From assembly GCA_902772955.1 (NCBI GenBank), contig CACYCV010000161.1, positions 9,561 through 41,560 of the forward strand: a DNA stretch of 32,000 nt. The letters are read 5' to 3'. Below the pieces are notes generated by a model. The model was not told the origin of the DNA and ran no database searches. It saw only the letters and a program-made list of their open reading frames with translations. This DNA comes from an uncultured Ruminococcus sp. (GTDB lineage Bacteria; Bacillota; Clostridia; Oscillospirales; Acutalibacteraceae). Below are positions 17,685 to 27,391 of the stretch, one piece after another. The first letter of the stretch is position 1. Each line of letters starts with the position of its first letter. The translations under genes were made by a program, and so were the position numbers.

Positions 17685-19182
17685 TTTTGTATCTCACAAT
17701 CTTTAGACTTGGTGTTCTTTCAAAATCCTTCTCACGGATTACCATCCTGCTGACCTGTTGAAAGGACGGAAGACCGGCATTGATTTTCTGGCATTCCTGG
17801 AGAACATAGGCATTAACATCCACGGTTCCCAGTTTGGCAGCCTCTGATGCCCGCAGAACAATTTCCAGGGCAAGAAAGCGATTGCCCTTTTCATCCTGAT
17901 CCTCAAAGACCTGGGTATCCTGGATAATGGGCAGGGCGTTGAATTTGGCTTCCAGCTCTGCCGGAGAAATATTTTCGCCGCTGGGGAGAACAATTACTTC
18001 CTTGATTCTGCCGGTGATATAGAGAAAACCCTCTTCGTCCATACGCACCAGATCGCCGGTTTTGAACCAGCCGTCTTCATAGGCATCCGTTTCATCTGTG
18101 CCTACATAACCATCCATCATGTTCTTACCTTTCAGCCACAGTTCTCCGTCTACAATGCGGTATTCCATTTCCGGATAGATCAGTCCGACAGAATCCGGTT
18201 TATTCAGGAATTCCGGATTGCCGGAAACCAGGTTAGCCGATTCCGTCAGGCCATAACCAGGATACAGGTCGATACCATATTGCTGATATTCTTTTGTCAA
18301 ATAAGGCGGTACACTGGCTGCTCCGCAAATAATGGTATGCAAGCTGTTGCCTAACATCATTTTGCCAAACTTTTTGGAAAGTGCCAGTGTCATTTCTGCC
18401 AGTGCAGGCACCATGATCATGATAGTCGGCTGAAAGACGGCGGCATCACGGAACATATCCTTGTTATCGCGGCAAATCTTTAACGTGCTCCCGGTGTAAA
18501 GTGACGCCATCAGATTGCGGATCAGACCAAACACATGAAACAGGGGCAGAACCAGAAGATATCGCTGACCAAAGGATTTCGGAAGGCCGAGACAGCTATT
18601 GATCGAACCCTGCATAACTGCCGTATGGGAAAGAAGGGCACCTTTGGGACGTCCTGTTGTCCCGCCTGTCATCATGATGACGCACTCGTCCTTTCCCTCA
18701 CACGGTACCGACGGGGTTGCTTCCGATGCGGTTGTTTCCGGGAGAATAACCGGAAAAGCGGGATTCATCTTTTGCAGCAGATTTCCTTTTTCGGCATGAT
18801 CTGTAATCAGCATGGAAAATCTCAGCATCTGACTCAGCCCGAATAATTCTTTCTCCTGCAAATGAGGCGGCAGAATCACGGCAGTACATCCCAGTGTTAC
18901 CGTGGCAAGAAACGCTTTGACCAGATCATAGCAATTGGGCATGCACAAGGCAATGCGTGTTTTTTCCACTCCCTGTTCTTTCAGAACGGTTCTGAAGCAG
19001 GCAACGTCCTGTGACAGGGTTTGATAAGAATATTGCTTGTCCAGATCTTCGATGGCAATTCTGTCACTGTACTCTTTGGACCTTGCCTCCCACATATCCG
19101 TCAAAGACGGATAATGAATGATTTTTTGAAAGGTTTCCTCGCCGGTAAAACGACGGTAAAGTTCCAAGGTATCTGCTATCAT
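17671..19182 (-). CDS. AMP-dependent acyl synthetase/ligase (class I adenylate-forming)
   Basis: MMTGGTTGRPKG, YPGYGLTES, GWFKTGDLVRMDEEGFLYITGRIKEVIV and C-terminal RTPSLKIVR. Confidence 0.92.
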   Translation of the reverse strand: MIADTLELYRRFTGEETFQKIIHYPSLTDMWEARSKEYSDRIAIEDLDKQYSYQTLSQDVACFRTVLKEQGVEKTRIALCMPNCYDLVKAFLATVTLGCTAVILPPHLQEKELFGLSQMLRFSMLITDHAEKGNLLQKMNPAFPVILPETTASEATPSVPCEGKDECVIMMTGGTTGRPKGALLSHTAVMQGSINSCLGLPKSFGQRYLLVLPLFHVFGLIRNLMASLYTGSTLKICRDNKDMFRDAAVFQPTIMIMVPALAEMTLALSKKFGKMMLGNSLHTIICGAASVPPYLTKEYQQYGIDLYPGYGLTESANLVSGNPEFLNKPDSVGLIYPEMEYRIVDGELWLKGKNMMDGYVGTDETDAYEDGWFKTGDLVRMDEEGFLYITGRIKEVIVLPSGENISPAELEAKFNALPIIQDTQVFEDQDEKGNRFLALEIVLRASEAAKLGTVDVNAYVLQECQKINAGLPSFQQVSRMVIREKDFERTPSLKIVRYKNVNE

Positions 19183-19199
19183 TTGAATAGTCCTCCTGT

Positions 19200-19844
19200 T
19201 TAAAGTTTTTTGGCATATTCTTCAAGTATGGTTTCCTTTTCCTGAAGCTCCTTCGTAATGGCTTGTATTTTGGCAAATGACGGTCTTCCCCCACTGGCGG
19301 CGACAATATCCACCGGTTCTCCGATTACCGCTTTCAAACGGGAATACCAATGCTTCCGGGGCTTGATATACATCGGCACAATTGGACACCTGCTCTGGAT
19401 AGACATCAGAATCATACCGGATTTGAACTGACTCATTTCGTCCCGGTAGATATGTCCCTCCGGAAAAATCGTTACCATTTTTCCCTCTTTCAGGGTGTCA
19501 GTAATAGTGCGGAAGGAGTCGATGCTGACATTATCGGCATGAATGGGGATCATACAGCCGGCTGCACGAAAAAGAGGGGCTGCCCGGGATTCCATCAGCG
19601 TATGATGGCAGACAAAATATTGCCGACGGTACCAGACGGAATACATGGTGTGCAGGGGATCAAAAAAGCTGGTATGATTGGCTATCAGAAGAGTACCGCC
19701 CCGGATTTTTTTGCGGGCTTCCCTGGAAATAAAGCGTATTTTAGGTCGGAGCCAGATAAAACCAGGGAACCATCCGGTAATGCGGACAAAATCCATCAGA
19801 AAGCATCTGAGAGAAAATAATTTAGCCTTTTGAGGTTTGTTCAT
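19200..19844 (-). CDS. PlsC-like 1-acyl-glycerol-3-phosphate acyltransferase (LPLAT)
   Basis: LIANHTSFFDPLH (HX4D), FPEGHIYRD and VPMYI. Confidence 0.88.
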   Translation of the reverse strand: MNKPQKAKLFSLRCFLMDFVRITGWFPGFIWLRPKIRFISREARKKIRGGTLLIANHTSFFDPLHTMYSVWYRRQYFVCHHTLMESRAAPLFRAAGCMIPIHADNVSIDSFRTITDTLKEGKMVTIFPEGHIYRDEMSQFKSGMILMSIQSRCPIVPMYIKPRKHWYSRLKAVIGEPVDIVAASGGRPSFAKIQAITKELQEKETILEEYAKKL

Positions 19845-20463
19845 GTAACTGACGCTCCAATCGGATGATTTTTTCCCGCAGGGCAGCAGAGATTTTTTCG
19901 AGATTTTCTTTTTCTGTCAGGGAATCGTCTACATAGTCTCTTGCATACACTGGCGTACCAATGATAACCCTTGCTCGTTTTTTACAGAAATAGGCGCCGT
20001 TGGTATAAACCGGAATGATCGGTATATTGTTCATCAGACTCAGATAGGCCGTTCCCGGTTTGAACGGAAGGGGCCTTTCTTCTCCATTTTTGGGAAGACG
20101 TCCCTCCGGAAAAATCTGAACGACGCCGTGCTTTTCAAGTACGGACTGTGATTTTCCCATAAATCCGAACTGCATACTGTCCCGGTCCACCCGGATTCCT
20201 CCCATCATTCTGAGAAAAAGACCTAACAGCTTTTTTCGGAAAAGCACCTCTGCCATTTGTGTTCTCAGAGTCCGGAAGAAAAAAACAAATAAAAAAACAG
20301 CATAATCCCACACAGATGTGTGGTTTGATATCAGAATGGCCGGCCCATTGATGTGACGACTCTGAATTTTTTTGTCTTCATAATAGACCTTTGTACGAAA
20401 AACCGCCTTCTGAACAGGGTAACCGGTTATCTTGACAAAGGCATTCCAAAGCTGAATCAACAT
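19822..20463 (-). CDS. Second PlsC-like acyltransferase (LPLAT)
   Basis: LISNHTSVWDYAV (HX4D), GGIRVDRD, FPEGRLPKNG and IPVYTNG. Confidence 0.88.
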   Translation of the reverse strand: MLIQLWNAFVKITGYPVQKAVFRTKVYYEDKKIQSRHINGPAILISNHTSVWDYAVFLFVFFFRTLRTQMAEVLFRKKLLGLFLRMMGGIRVDRDSMQFGFMGKSQSVLEKHGVVQIFPEGRLPKNGEERPLPFKPGTAYLSLMNNIPIIPVYTNGAYFCKKRARVIIGTPVYARDYVDDSLTEKENLEKISAALREKIIRLERQLHEQTSKG

Positions 20464-22394
20464 GATTTTGAATTTTCCTTCATGTATTGATAGAATTCCT
20501 CGGCGGTGCGCAGCGTCTGATCATCCTGCCGGAGAAAGGAAACGCCATAGTCCTCCTGAAGTCTGGCGGTAAGTGCCATATAATCCAGACTGGTGCCTCC
20601 CAGATCCAGAAAAAAGTCCGTTTCCGGTGATATTTCACTGAGATCCTTTTCCAGCACTGCCGCCATCATTTGCCGGAGGGTTCGCATCAGCTCGTCCTCT
20701 TCCTCCCTGTCGGCAGCGGAATCGGGCGTTACCTGACGCAGCTTGCCCGCCGCATAATCCTCACGCAGGCGCTTGCGGTTGAGCTTAAATTCATCTCCCA
20801 GCATCAGCTTATCTGAGATATAAACAATCCTGCCCAACTGACCTGTCAGATGAAGCTCTGTCAGCTTATCCTTTAATCGGCTATCCAGCTGTTCCAGCTG
20901 GCTTCCCTCGCAATAACGATTGACCGATACCAACAGCACAGGGGTATCCTTGCTGGGGATGATGCAGACGCCGTTTGTTCCTTCGATACTAAGCTGAGGC
21001 TCGTACAAATTGGGATTGAGATTTTCTCCGTTGGAGGAGACAATCAGATCATCTGTCCGGCCAAGAATACGGTATTCCCCCCTGACGCATTCTGCGAGAT
21101 CATGGGTATTAAACCATTTTTCAGGATCGGTCATGGTTTTTTGGCCGTTTTCAATGATATAGCGGGCGACAACCTTTCCCCTCACCAACAATTCACCGTC
21201 ATCATTGATAGAATATTCGGCATAGGTCATTGGTTTCCCGACAAAGCAGGCATTCAGAATTTTGGGCCGGTTGGAAAGCTCCACGGAGGTAATGCCGATT
21301 TCTGTCATGCCGTAGCCGTCAGCCAACCGGTAGCCGATAGCATTAAAAAACTCCATGACTTCCGGACGAATGGCGCTGCCGCCGGTAATCAGGATACAGA
21401 TACTTTCACCGAAAAGATTCTCTCTGACCTCCTTGAAGGCAGTCCGTGAAAACAGGTGACTCAATGCGGTCATGCCGGATAGCTTCCGCGAGAGTTTCAT
21501 TCCCTTTTGAAATTTCCGATAAGTTTTTTGTCCCCTTCCCCTGATGGTTTTGATTGCCTGGTCATAAACCGTTTCCCAGAACAGAGGGACAGCAAAGATA
21601 TGCGTTACTTTATGTCGTTTAATCGTATTGACAATGGTCTGTGGGGTCATATCATTGAGATGCACAAAGGTTCTTGAGAAAAATGCAAACCAGATGTACA
21701 TGGCAATCAGACCGAATACATGATAGAATGGCAAAAAAGTCAGCAACTTCAGATATCCGTCATAATGACGCTTGAACAAAGAGCATTTTTGGATAAGGTG
21801 ATAGCTGTCATGAATCTGACACCGGAACTCCTTGGCGGAATAGGCACAGATTTTGATATGATCGGAGGTACCGGAGGACATCACCAGGATTTCTTCTCCG
21901 AATTTCCGGGGCTTCCATGGGGGTTCTGTTTTGACAAGCTCCTTAGTGTCAATAGTAGGAAAAGAATAGCTCCTTTGATCGGACAAAACGGCACAAGCAT
22001 GACTATCCTTCAGAGCTTGCTCCAATACGTCATCACTCAGACGAAGGTTCATCAGCAGCGGACACCAGCCGCAAAGGAGAATAGCCCAAAATAACTCAAT
22101 CCACAAAAGGGAATTCTCCATACTCAGACCGACGACCGCATTATCCGGCAGGTCAAGCCGCTGTTTCAGTGTGGCTGCCAGTAAATAGATTTCCTCCTTG
22201 GCTTCTCCATAGGTGGTAATCTGCATCCGGTAGCCTTCGCTTTTTTCATACATCCGGTTTTCTGATTCACTGAACATTAATTCAAACAGAGATGAAAAAT
22301 CCGGTTCTGACTGATCCAACAGTTGTAGCTTAGCTTCCACAAAGCGATTAATGGTTTTATGAGTTCCTAAGCCGAGATTTTTCTGTTTTTTCAC
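20457..22394 (-). CDS. AMP-ligase fused to a C-terminal phosphopantetheine carrier domain
   Basis: ILVMSSGTSDHIKICAYS, YGMTEIG, GRTDDLIVSSNGENLNP, KLNRKRL, then DLSEISPETDFFLDLGGTSLDYMALTARL (carrier domain, Ser in LGGTS). Confidence 0.88.
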   Translation of the reverse strand: MKKQKNLGLGTHKTINRFVEAKLQLLDQSEPDFSSLFELMFSESENRMYEKSEGYRMQITTYGEAKEEIYLLAATLKQRLDLPDNAVVGLSMENSLLWIELFWAILLCGWCPLLMNLRLSDDVLEQALKDSHACAVLSDQRSYSFPTIDTKELVKTEPPWKPRKFGEEILVMSSGTSDHIKICAYSAKEFRCQIHDSYHLIQKCSLFKRHYDGYLKLLTFLPFYHVFGLIAMYIWFAFFSRTFVHLNDMTPQTIVNTIKRHKVTHIFAVPLFWETVYDQAIKTIRGRGQKTYRKFQKGMKLSRKLSGMTALSHLFSRTAFKEVRENLFGESICILITGGSAIRPEVMEFFNAIGYRLADGYGMTEIGITSVELSNRPKILNACFVGKPMTYAEYSINDDGELLVRGKVVARYIIENGQKTMTDPEKWFNTHDLAECVRGEYRILGRTDDLIVSSNGENLNPNLYEPQLSIEGTNGVCIIPSKDTPVLLVSVNRYCEGSQLEQLDSRLKDKLTELHLTGQLGRIVYISDKLMLGDEFKLNRKRLREDYAAGKLRQVTPDSAADREEEDELMRTLRQMMAAVLEKDLSEISPETDFFLDLGGTSLDYMALTARLQEDYGVSFLRQDDQTLRTAEEFYQYMKENSKSC

Positions 22395-22429
22395 CGTTTC
22401 TTCTTCCTTCCTCTTTTCACTAATGATAG

Positions 22430-22458
22430 ATTATACTACAAATAGCGACACGTTTCAA
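22430..22458 (-). promoter_or_regulatory. Promoter of the acyl-activation cluster
   Basis: Minus strand TTGAAA (22458-22453), 17 nt, TATAAT (22435-22430). Confidence 0.75.
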
Positions 22459-22502
22459 GTTTTTTGGGCGGTTTTTTCAAAGGAACTTTAAAGAAATAAG
22501 TA

Positions 22503-22531
22503 TTGACAAGCATAATCTGTCATGCTATAAT
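22503..22531 (+). promoter_or_regulatory. Consensus sigma-A promoter of the trp operon
   Basis: TTGACA (22503-22508), 17 nt, TATAAT (22526-22531). Confidence 0.85.
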
Positions 22532-22559
22532 CATTGAAAATCGGATATATAAACCGATG

Positions 22560-22822
22560 ATGCGGAGATAACGGCATGGATGCCTTTACAGAGAGCCTGT
22601 GGTGCTGAGAGTCAGGTAAGAAACACTATGTCAAATGGACCGCTGAGGGCGCAGCCAAAGGGGATTCTTCCCTCAGTATGCTGTGACGTTGCAGGCAGAC
22701 GTTACCTGCCGGGGATATGTTGGTATCTCGCAGAGGGCACGGGTTTTCCGTGAATGTAAGGTGGCACCGCGAATTTGTTGATTCGTCCTTAGCAGAATTC
22801 TGGATTCTGTTAAGGATTTTTT
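22560..22822 (+). ncRNA. T-box leader, tryptophan specific, with intrinsic terminator
   Basis: Conserved T-box AAGGTGGCACCGCG at 22758-22771. Candidate specifier UGG at 22636-22638 followed by A. Terminator TCCTTAGCAGAAT/ATTCTGTTAAGGA plus T-run (22786-22822). Located just upstream of trpE. Confidence 0.92.
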
Positions 22823-22842
22823 ATTTTTAGGAGGCGTTTCGT

Positions 22843-24312
22843 ATGAAGATTTCCCCGTCGTTAGAAACTGTAAAGACAATTGCAGCATCCGGGCAGTATG
22901 ATGTCCTTCCCCTGAGCTGTGAGATCCTGTCGGATTTTACAACTCCTATTGAAACGATACGGATACTAAAAAAGGCATCCACCCATTGCTATCTGCTGGA
23001 ATCTGCGCAGGCCAATGAACGATGGGGACGCTATACCTTCCTGGGTTACGATCCGAAAATGGAAATTACCTGTATCAACGGCCGGATGAAAATGGGAGAC
23101 AAGGAGCTGCAGGTTGAAAATCCCACGGAGCATCTGAGAAGAATTCTGTCGGATTACAAAAGTCCCCGACTGGAATCCCTTCCTCCTTTTACCGGAGGCC
23201 TGGTAGGCTATTTTGCCTATGATTATCTTGGCTACAGTGAACCCTGTGTCCGCTGTCAGGTGGAGGACAGCGAGCGCTTCAAGGATGTAGACCTGATGCT
23301 GTTTGATAAAGTCATTGCCTTTGACCATGTCAGACAGAAGATAGTCCTGATGGTCAATATGAAGCTGAAAGGCGATGCGGAGGAGCATTACCGCAAGGCT
23401 TCTGAAGAGCTTCATCAACTGATCAGACTGTTGAAAACCGGAGAGAAAAAAGAGGAAAAACCGGGGCGTCTTGTGGGTGAGGTAACACCCCTGTTCCGGA
23501 AGGAAGAGTATTGTGCCATGGTCGCAAAAGCCAAGGAGCATATCCGAGAGGGAGATATTTTTCAGATTGTGCTGTCCAACCGGTTATCGGCACCTTTTGA
23601 GGGCAGTCTGCTGCACACCTATCGGGTTCTGCGCACCATCAACCCTTCGCCGTATATGTTCTATTTCTCGGGAACGGACGTGGAAGTAGCCGGAGCCTCT
23701 CCCGAAACCCTTGTTAAGCTGGAAAATGGAATTCTTCACACCTTCCCGCTGGCAGGTACCCGTCCCCGTGGAAAAACCGAGCAGGAGGATCTGGAGCTGG
23801 AGCGGGAATTACTGCAGGATGAAAAAGAGCTGGCAGAGCACAACATGCTGGTTGATCTGGGGCGAAATGACCTTGGAAAAATCAGTCGGTTCGGAACCGT
23901 TGTGCCGGAGAAGCTCCGTTCGGTGGAACGGTATTCTCATGTAATGCATATCGGTTCGACTGTACGGGGGGAAATCCGGGAGGACAAGGACGCGCTGGAT
24001 GCGATTGAAGCAGTGCTCCCTGCAGGAACGCTTTCCGGTGCGCCAAAGCTGAGAGCCTGTCAGCTGATAGGGGAACTGGAAAACAACAAGCGCGGGATTT
24101 ACGGCGGTGCCATTGGCTATATTGACTTTACGGGCAATATGGATACCTGCATCGCTATCCGCATCGCTTATAAGAAAAACGGTAAGGTGTTTGTCCGAAG
24201 CGGAGCCGGCATAGTAGCGGATTCCGATCCGGAAAAGGAGTTTGAGGAATGTCTGAATAAGGCACGTTCCTCCCTGAAAGCCCTGGAAATAGCACAGGAG
24301 GCAGATGTATGA
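22843..24312 (+). CDS. trpE: Anthranilate synthase component I
   Basis: AREHIREGDIFQIVLSNRL-like chorismate-binding motifs, NPSPYMFYF, GTRPRGKTEQED, VDLGRNDLGKIS and LSGAPKLRACQLI. Confidence 0.96.
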   Translation: MKISPSLETVKTIAASGQYDVLPLSCEILSDFTTPIETIRILKKASTHCYLLESAQANERWGRYTFLGYDPKMEITCINGRMKMGDKELQVENPTEHLRRILSDYKSPRLESLPPFTGGLVGYFAYDYLGYSEPCVRCQVEDSERFKDVDLMLFDKVIAFDHVRQKIVLMVNMKLKGDAEEHYRKASEELHQLIRLLKTGEKKEEKPGRLVGEVTPLFRKEEYCAMVAKAKEHIREGDIFQIVLSNRLSAPFEGSLLHTYRVLRTINPSPYMFYFSGTDVEVAGASPETLVKLENGILHTFPLAGTRPRGKTEQEDLELERELLQDEKELAEHNMLVDLGRNDLGKISRFGTVVPEKLRSVERYSHVMHIGSTVRGEIREDKDALDAIEAVLPAGTLSGAPKLRACQLIGELENNKRGIYGGAIGYIDFTGNMDTCIAIRIAYKKNGKVFVRSGAGIVADSDPEKEFEECLNKARSSLKALEIAQEADV

Positions 24313-24878
24313 TTCTGTTAATTGATAATTATGATAGCTTTTCCTATAATCTGTATCAGTACGTCGGAGAGATCAATCCGGATATCAGAGTGATTCGCAA
24401 TGATGAAATGACCGTTTCGGAAATCCGCTCACTGCATCCCGAGAGAATCATTCTTTCTCCGGGACCGGGACGGCCGGAGGATGCGGGAATCATCATTGAT
24501 GCCGTAAAGGAATTGGCCAATGAAATTCCGATGCTGGGTGTGTGTCTGGGACATCAGGCTATCTGCGCTGCCTTCGGAATGAAGATTACCTATGCCGGAC
24601 AGCTGATGCACGGAAAGCAAAGTCTTGTTTCCTTTGACACGACCTGTCCTCTCTTTATGGACTGTCCGGAAAAAGCACCTGTTGCCCGTTACCACTCGCT
24701 GGCAGCGGATGCCTCTACCCTGCCGGATTGTCTGAAAATCACAGCAGTAACCGATGACGGTGAGATTATGGCGATACAGCATAAAACCTTTCCTGTTTTC
24801 GGTATTCAGTTTCACCCGGAATCCATTCTGACTCCCAACGGAAAAGAAATGCTGCTGCGCTTTATTAACGAAGGTTAA
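24309..24878 (+). CDS. trpG: Anthranilate synthase component II (glutamine amidotransferase)
   Basis: MILLIDNYDSFSYNLYQYVG, LSPGPGRPEDAG, LGVCLGHQAI and IQFHPESILT. Confidence 0.95.
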   Translation: MILLIDNYDSFSYNLYQYVGEINPDIRVIRNDEMTVSEIRSLHPERIILSPGPGRPEDAGIIIDAVKELANEIPMLGVCLGHQAICAAFGMKITYAGQLMHGKQSLVSFDTTCPLFMDCPEKAPVARYHSLAADASTLPDCLKITAVTDDGEIMAIQHKTFPVFGIQFHPESILTPNGKEMLLRFINEG

Positions 24879-24965
24879 TCATTCAAATGCTGTTTCCGGG
24901 TATCAGTCAGATGAAAGATGACCGGAACGGAGTCAATACTCAATCACAGAAAGGAATGTTCAGAA

Positions 24966-25997
24966 ATGATCAAAGAAGCCATTGTCAAAATTGTCAGCAA
25001 GGAGGATCTGACCTATCAGGAAGCCTATGATGTCATGAATGAAATAATGGACGGAAAGACTACCTCCACTCAGAATGCCGCCTTTCTCGCGGCACTTTCT
25101 ACCAAAAGTGCCAAGGCAGAGACTACCGATGAAATAGCCGGGTGTGCTGCCGCCATGCGGGACCATGCCACAAAGGTGGAAACCGGTATGGATGTATTTG
25201 AAATTGTCGGCACAGGCGGAGATAACGCCCACAGCTTCAATATTTCCACAACATCTGCCCTTGTTGCGGCGGCCGGCGGTATGAAGGTTGCCAAACACGG
25301 CAACCGTGCAGCTTCCTCCAGCAGCGGCACAGCAGATTGTCTGGAGGCGCTGGGAGTCAATATCCAGCAGCATCCCCAGAAATGCGTGGAGCTGTTGAAG
25401 GAAGTCGGGATGTGCTTCTTCTTTGCCCAACTCTATCATTCCTCCATGAAATATGTGGGAGCGATTCGCAAAGAATTGGGATTCCGTACGGTTTTCAATA
25501 TTCTGGGACCTCTGACCAATCCTGCATCCCCTTCCATGCAGCTTTTGGGCGTATATGATGAGTATTTGGTAGAGCCCCTTGCAAGAGTACTGGTCAGTCT
25601 CGGTGTCCAGCGCGGCATGGTGGTTTACGGTATGGATAAGCTGGATGAAATTTCTCTGAGCGCTCCTACCAAAATCTGTGAAATCAAGGATGGATGGTAT
25701 AAATCCTATATGATCAAGCCGGAGGATTTTGGGTTTGAGCGCTGCCGGAAGGAGGATTTAAGGGGCGGTACTCCGGAAGAGAATGCCAGGATTACCCGCG
25801 ATATTCTTTCAGGACAGAAGGACCATAAGCGCAATGCGGTTCTGATGAACGCCGGGGCTGCATTGCTGATCGGAGGAAAAGCGGAAACATTGCAGGAGGG
25901 TATTGCATTGGCGGCTGATTTGATTGATTCCGGAAAGGCTCTTGCGGTATTGGACAAGCTGATCGAAGTGAGTAACCGTCCGGAGGTAGAAGCATGA
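24966..25997 (+). CDS. trpD: Anthranilate phosphoribosyltransferase
   Basis: [40 protein letters not shown] and [10 protein letters not shown]. Start chosen at ATG 24966 ([10 protein letters not shown]). Confidence 0.95.
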   Translation: MIKEAIVKIVSKEDLTYQEAYDVMNEIMDGKTTSTQNAAFLAALSTKSAKAETTDEIAGCAAAMRDHATKVETGMDVFEIVGTGGDNAHSFNISTTSALVAAAGGMKVAKHGNRAASSSSGTADCLEALGVNIQQHPQKCVELLKEVGMCFFFAQLYHSSMKYVGAIRKELGFRTVFNILGPLTNPASPSMQLLGVYDEYLVEPLARVLVSLGVQRGMVVYGMDKLDEISLSAPTKICEIKDGWYKSYMIKPEDFGFERCRKEDLRGGTPEENARITRDILSGQKDHKRNAVLMNAGAALLIGGKAETLQEGIALAADLIDSGKALAVLDKLIEVSNRPEVEA

Positions 25998-26776
25998 CCA
26001 TTCTGGATCAGTTGGCTGCTCATGCAAAAGAACGATGTTCTGCCGCCAAAGCAAAGCTGTCTGAGGATGAAATCAGAAGCACGGCGCTTGCTTTGCCAAA
26101 GGGTGACTTTTCCTTTGAAAAAGCACTGCAGAAGCCTGACCTGTCATTTATCTGTGAGTGCAAAAAAGCCTCTCCCTCCAAGGGACTGATTGATGCAGAT
26201 TTCCACTATCTTCAGATTGCCAGAGAATATGAAGCGGCAGGAGCAGATTGCATTTCGGTACTGACAGAGCCGAAATGGTTTCTGGGGAAAAATGATTACC
26301 TGAAAGAAATTGCAGCAGAGGTTTTTGTTCCCTGCCTGCGGAAAGATTTTACGGTCGATGCCTATATGATCTATGAAGCAAAGCTGCTTGGGGCATCCGC
26401 TGTTCTGCTGATTGTTTCCATTCTGAGTGAAGAGCAGCTCCGGGAATACATAGAGCTTTGCGATGCACTTGGTTTGTCTGCGTTAGTGGAAACACATGAC
26501 GCGGAAGAAATCACGGCGGCACTTCGTGCGGGGGCAAGAATGATTGGCGTCAATAACAGGAACCTCAAAAACTTCTCTGTTAATCCGGAAAACAGCCGCC
26601 ATTTGAGAGAGTTGGTGCCGGAAAATGTTCTTTTTGTATCGGAAAGCGGTATCAGGACTCCGGAGGATATCCGGCTGCTGCGGGAAATCGGTGCTGACGC
26701 TGTTTTGATCGGAGAAACACTCATGAAGGCTGACGATAAAAAGAAGATGCTCCGTCAGCTGAGGGAGGTTGTATGA
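25994..26776 (+). CDS. trpC: Indole-3-glycerol phosphate synthase
   Basis: [35 protein letters not shown] and [10 protein letters not shown]. Confidence 0.95.
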   Translation: MTILDQLAAHAKERCSAAKAKLSEDEIRSTALALPKGDFSFEKALQKPDLSFICECKKASPSKGLIDADFHYLQIAREYEAAGADCISVLTEPKWFLGKNDYLKEIAAEVFVPCLRKDFTVDAYMIYEAKLLGASAVLLIVSILSEEQLREYIELCDALGLSALVETHDAEEITAALRAGARMIGVNNRNLKNFSVNPENSRHLRELVPENVLFVSESGIRTPEDIRLLREIGADAVLIGETLMKADDKKKMLRQLREVV

Positions 26777-27387
26777 AAAAGATTAAAATCTGCGGATTAA
26801 AACGGGCGGAGGACATTCTGATGGTCAATGAAGCAAAACCGGATTATATCGGCTTTGTCTTTGCTCCCAACCGGAAACGAACGATTACACCGGATACGGC
26901 CAGAGAGCTGAAACTGTTGCTTCACCCTTCCGTTAAGGCAGTTGGGGTATTTCTGAACCAGGATGTGAATGAGATATTACAGCTTGCCGGGGAAGGAACC
27001 ATTGATATGATTCAGCTTCATGGGGATGAAAACGAGGAAACGATCCGGTATCTCCGTCATCATACGGATGCTCCCATTATGAAGGCGGTGAATGTCCGGG
27101 ACCGTGATCAATTGGAAAGAATGGACAGCATGTCTGAAATAGAGTATCTTTTGCTGGACACCTATGATCCTCGGATGCCCGGCGGAACCGGCAAGACTTT
27201 TGACTGGAGTGTGATTCCAAAGCTGAATAAGCCGTTTTTTCTGGCAGGGGGACTGAATTCCTCCAATATCTTGGCTGCTTTGCAGACGGATGCCTTTGCA
27301 CTGGATATCAGCAGCGGTGTAGAAACCAACGGATGGAAAGATCCACTGAAAATAAAAGAAATTATAAAAATGATAAGAGAGGGATAA
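26773..27387 (+). CDS. trpF: Phosphoribosylanthranilate isomerase
   Basis: [41 protein letters not shown] and [10 protein letters not shown]. Confidence 0.95.
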   Translation: MKKIKICGLKRAEDILMVNEAKPDYIGFVFAPNRKRTITPDTARELKLLLHPSVKAVGVFLNQDVNEILQLAGEGTIDMIQLHGDENEETIRYLRHHTDAPIMKAVNVRDRDQLERMDSMSEIEYLLLDTYDPRMPGGTGKTFDWSVIPKLNKPFFLAGGLNSSNILAALQTDAFALDISSGVETNGWKDPLKIKEIIKMIREG

Positions 27388-27391
27388 GAAT

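Noticed and set aside
12012-22394. NRPS/PKS biosynthetic gene cluster
   Set aside because: No condensation, ketosynthase or thioesterase-type megasynthase modules are present. The carriers and ligases sit with LPLATs and FakAB-like genes instead.
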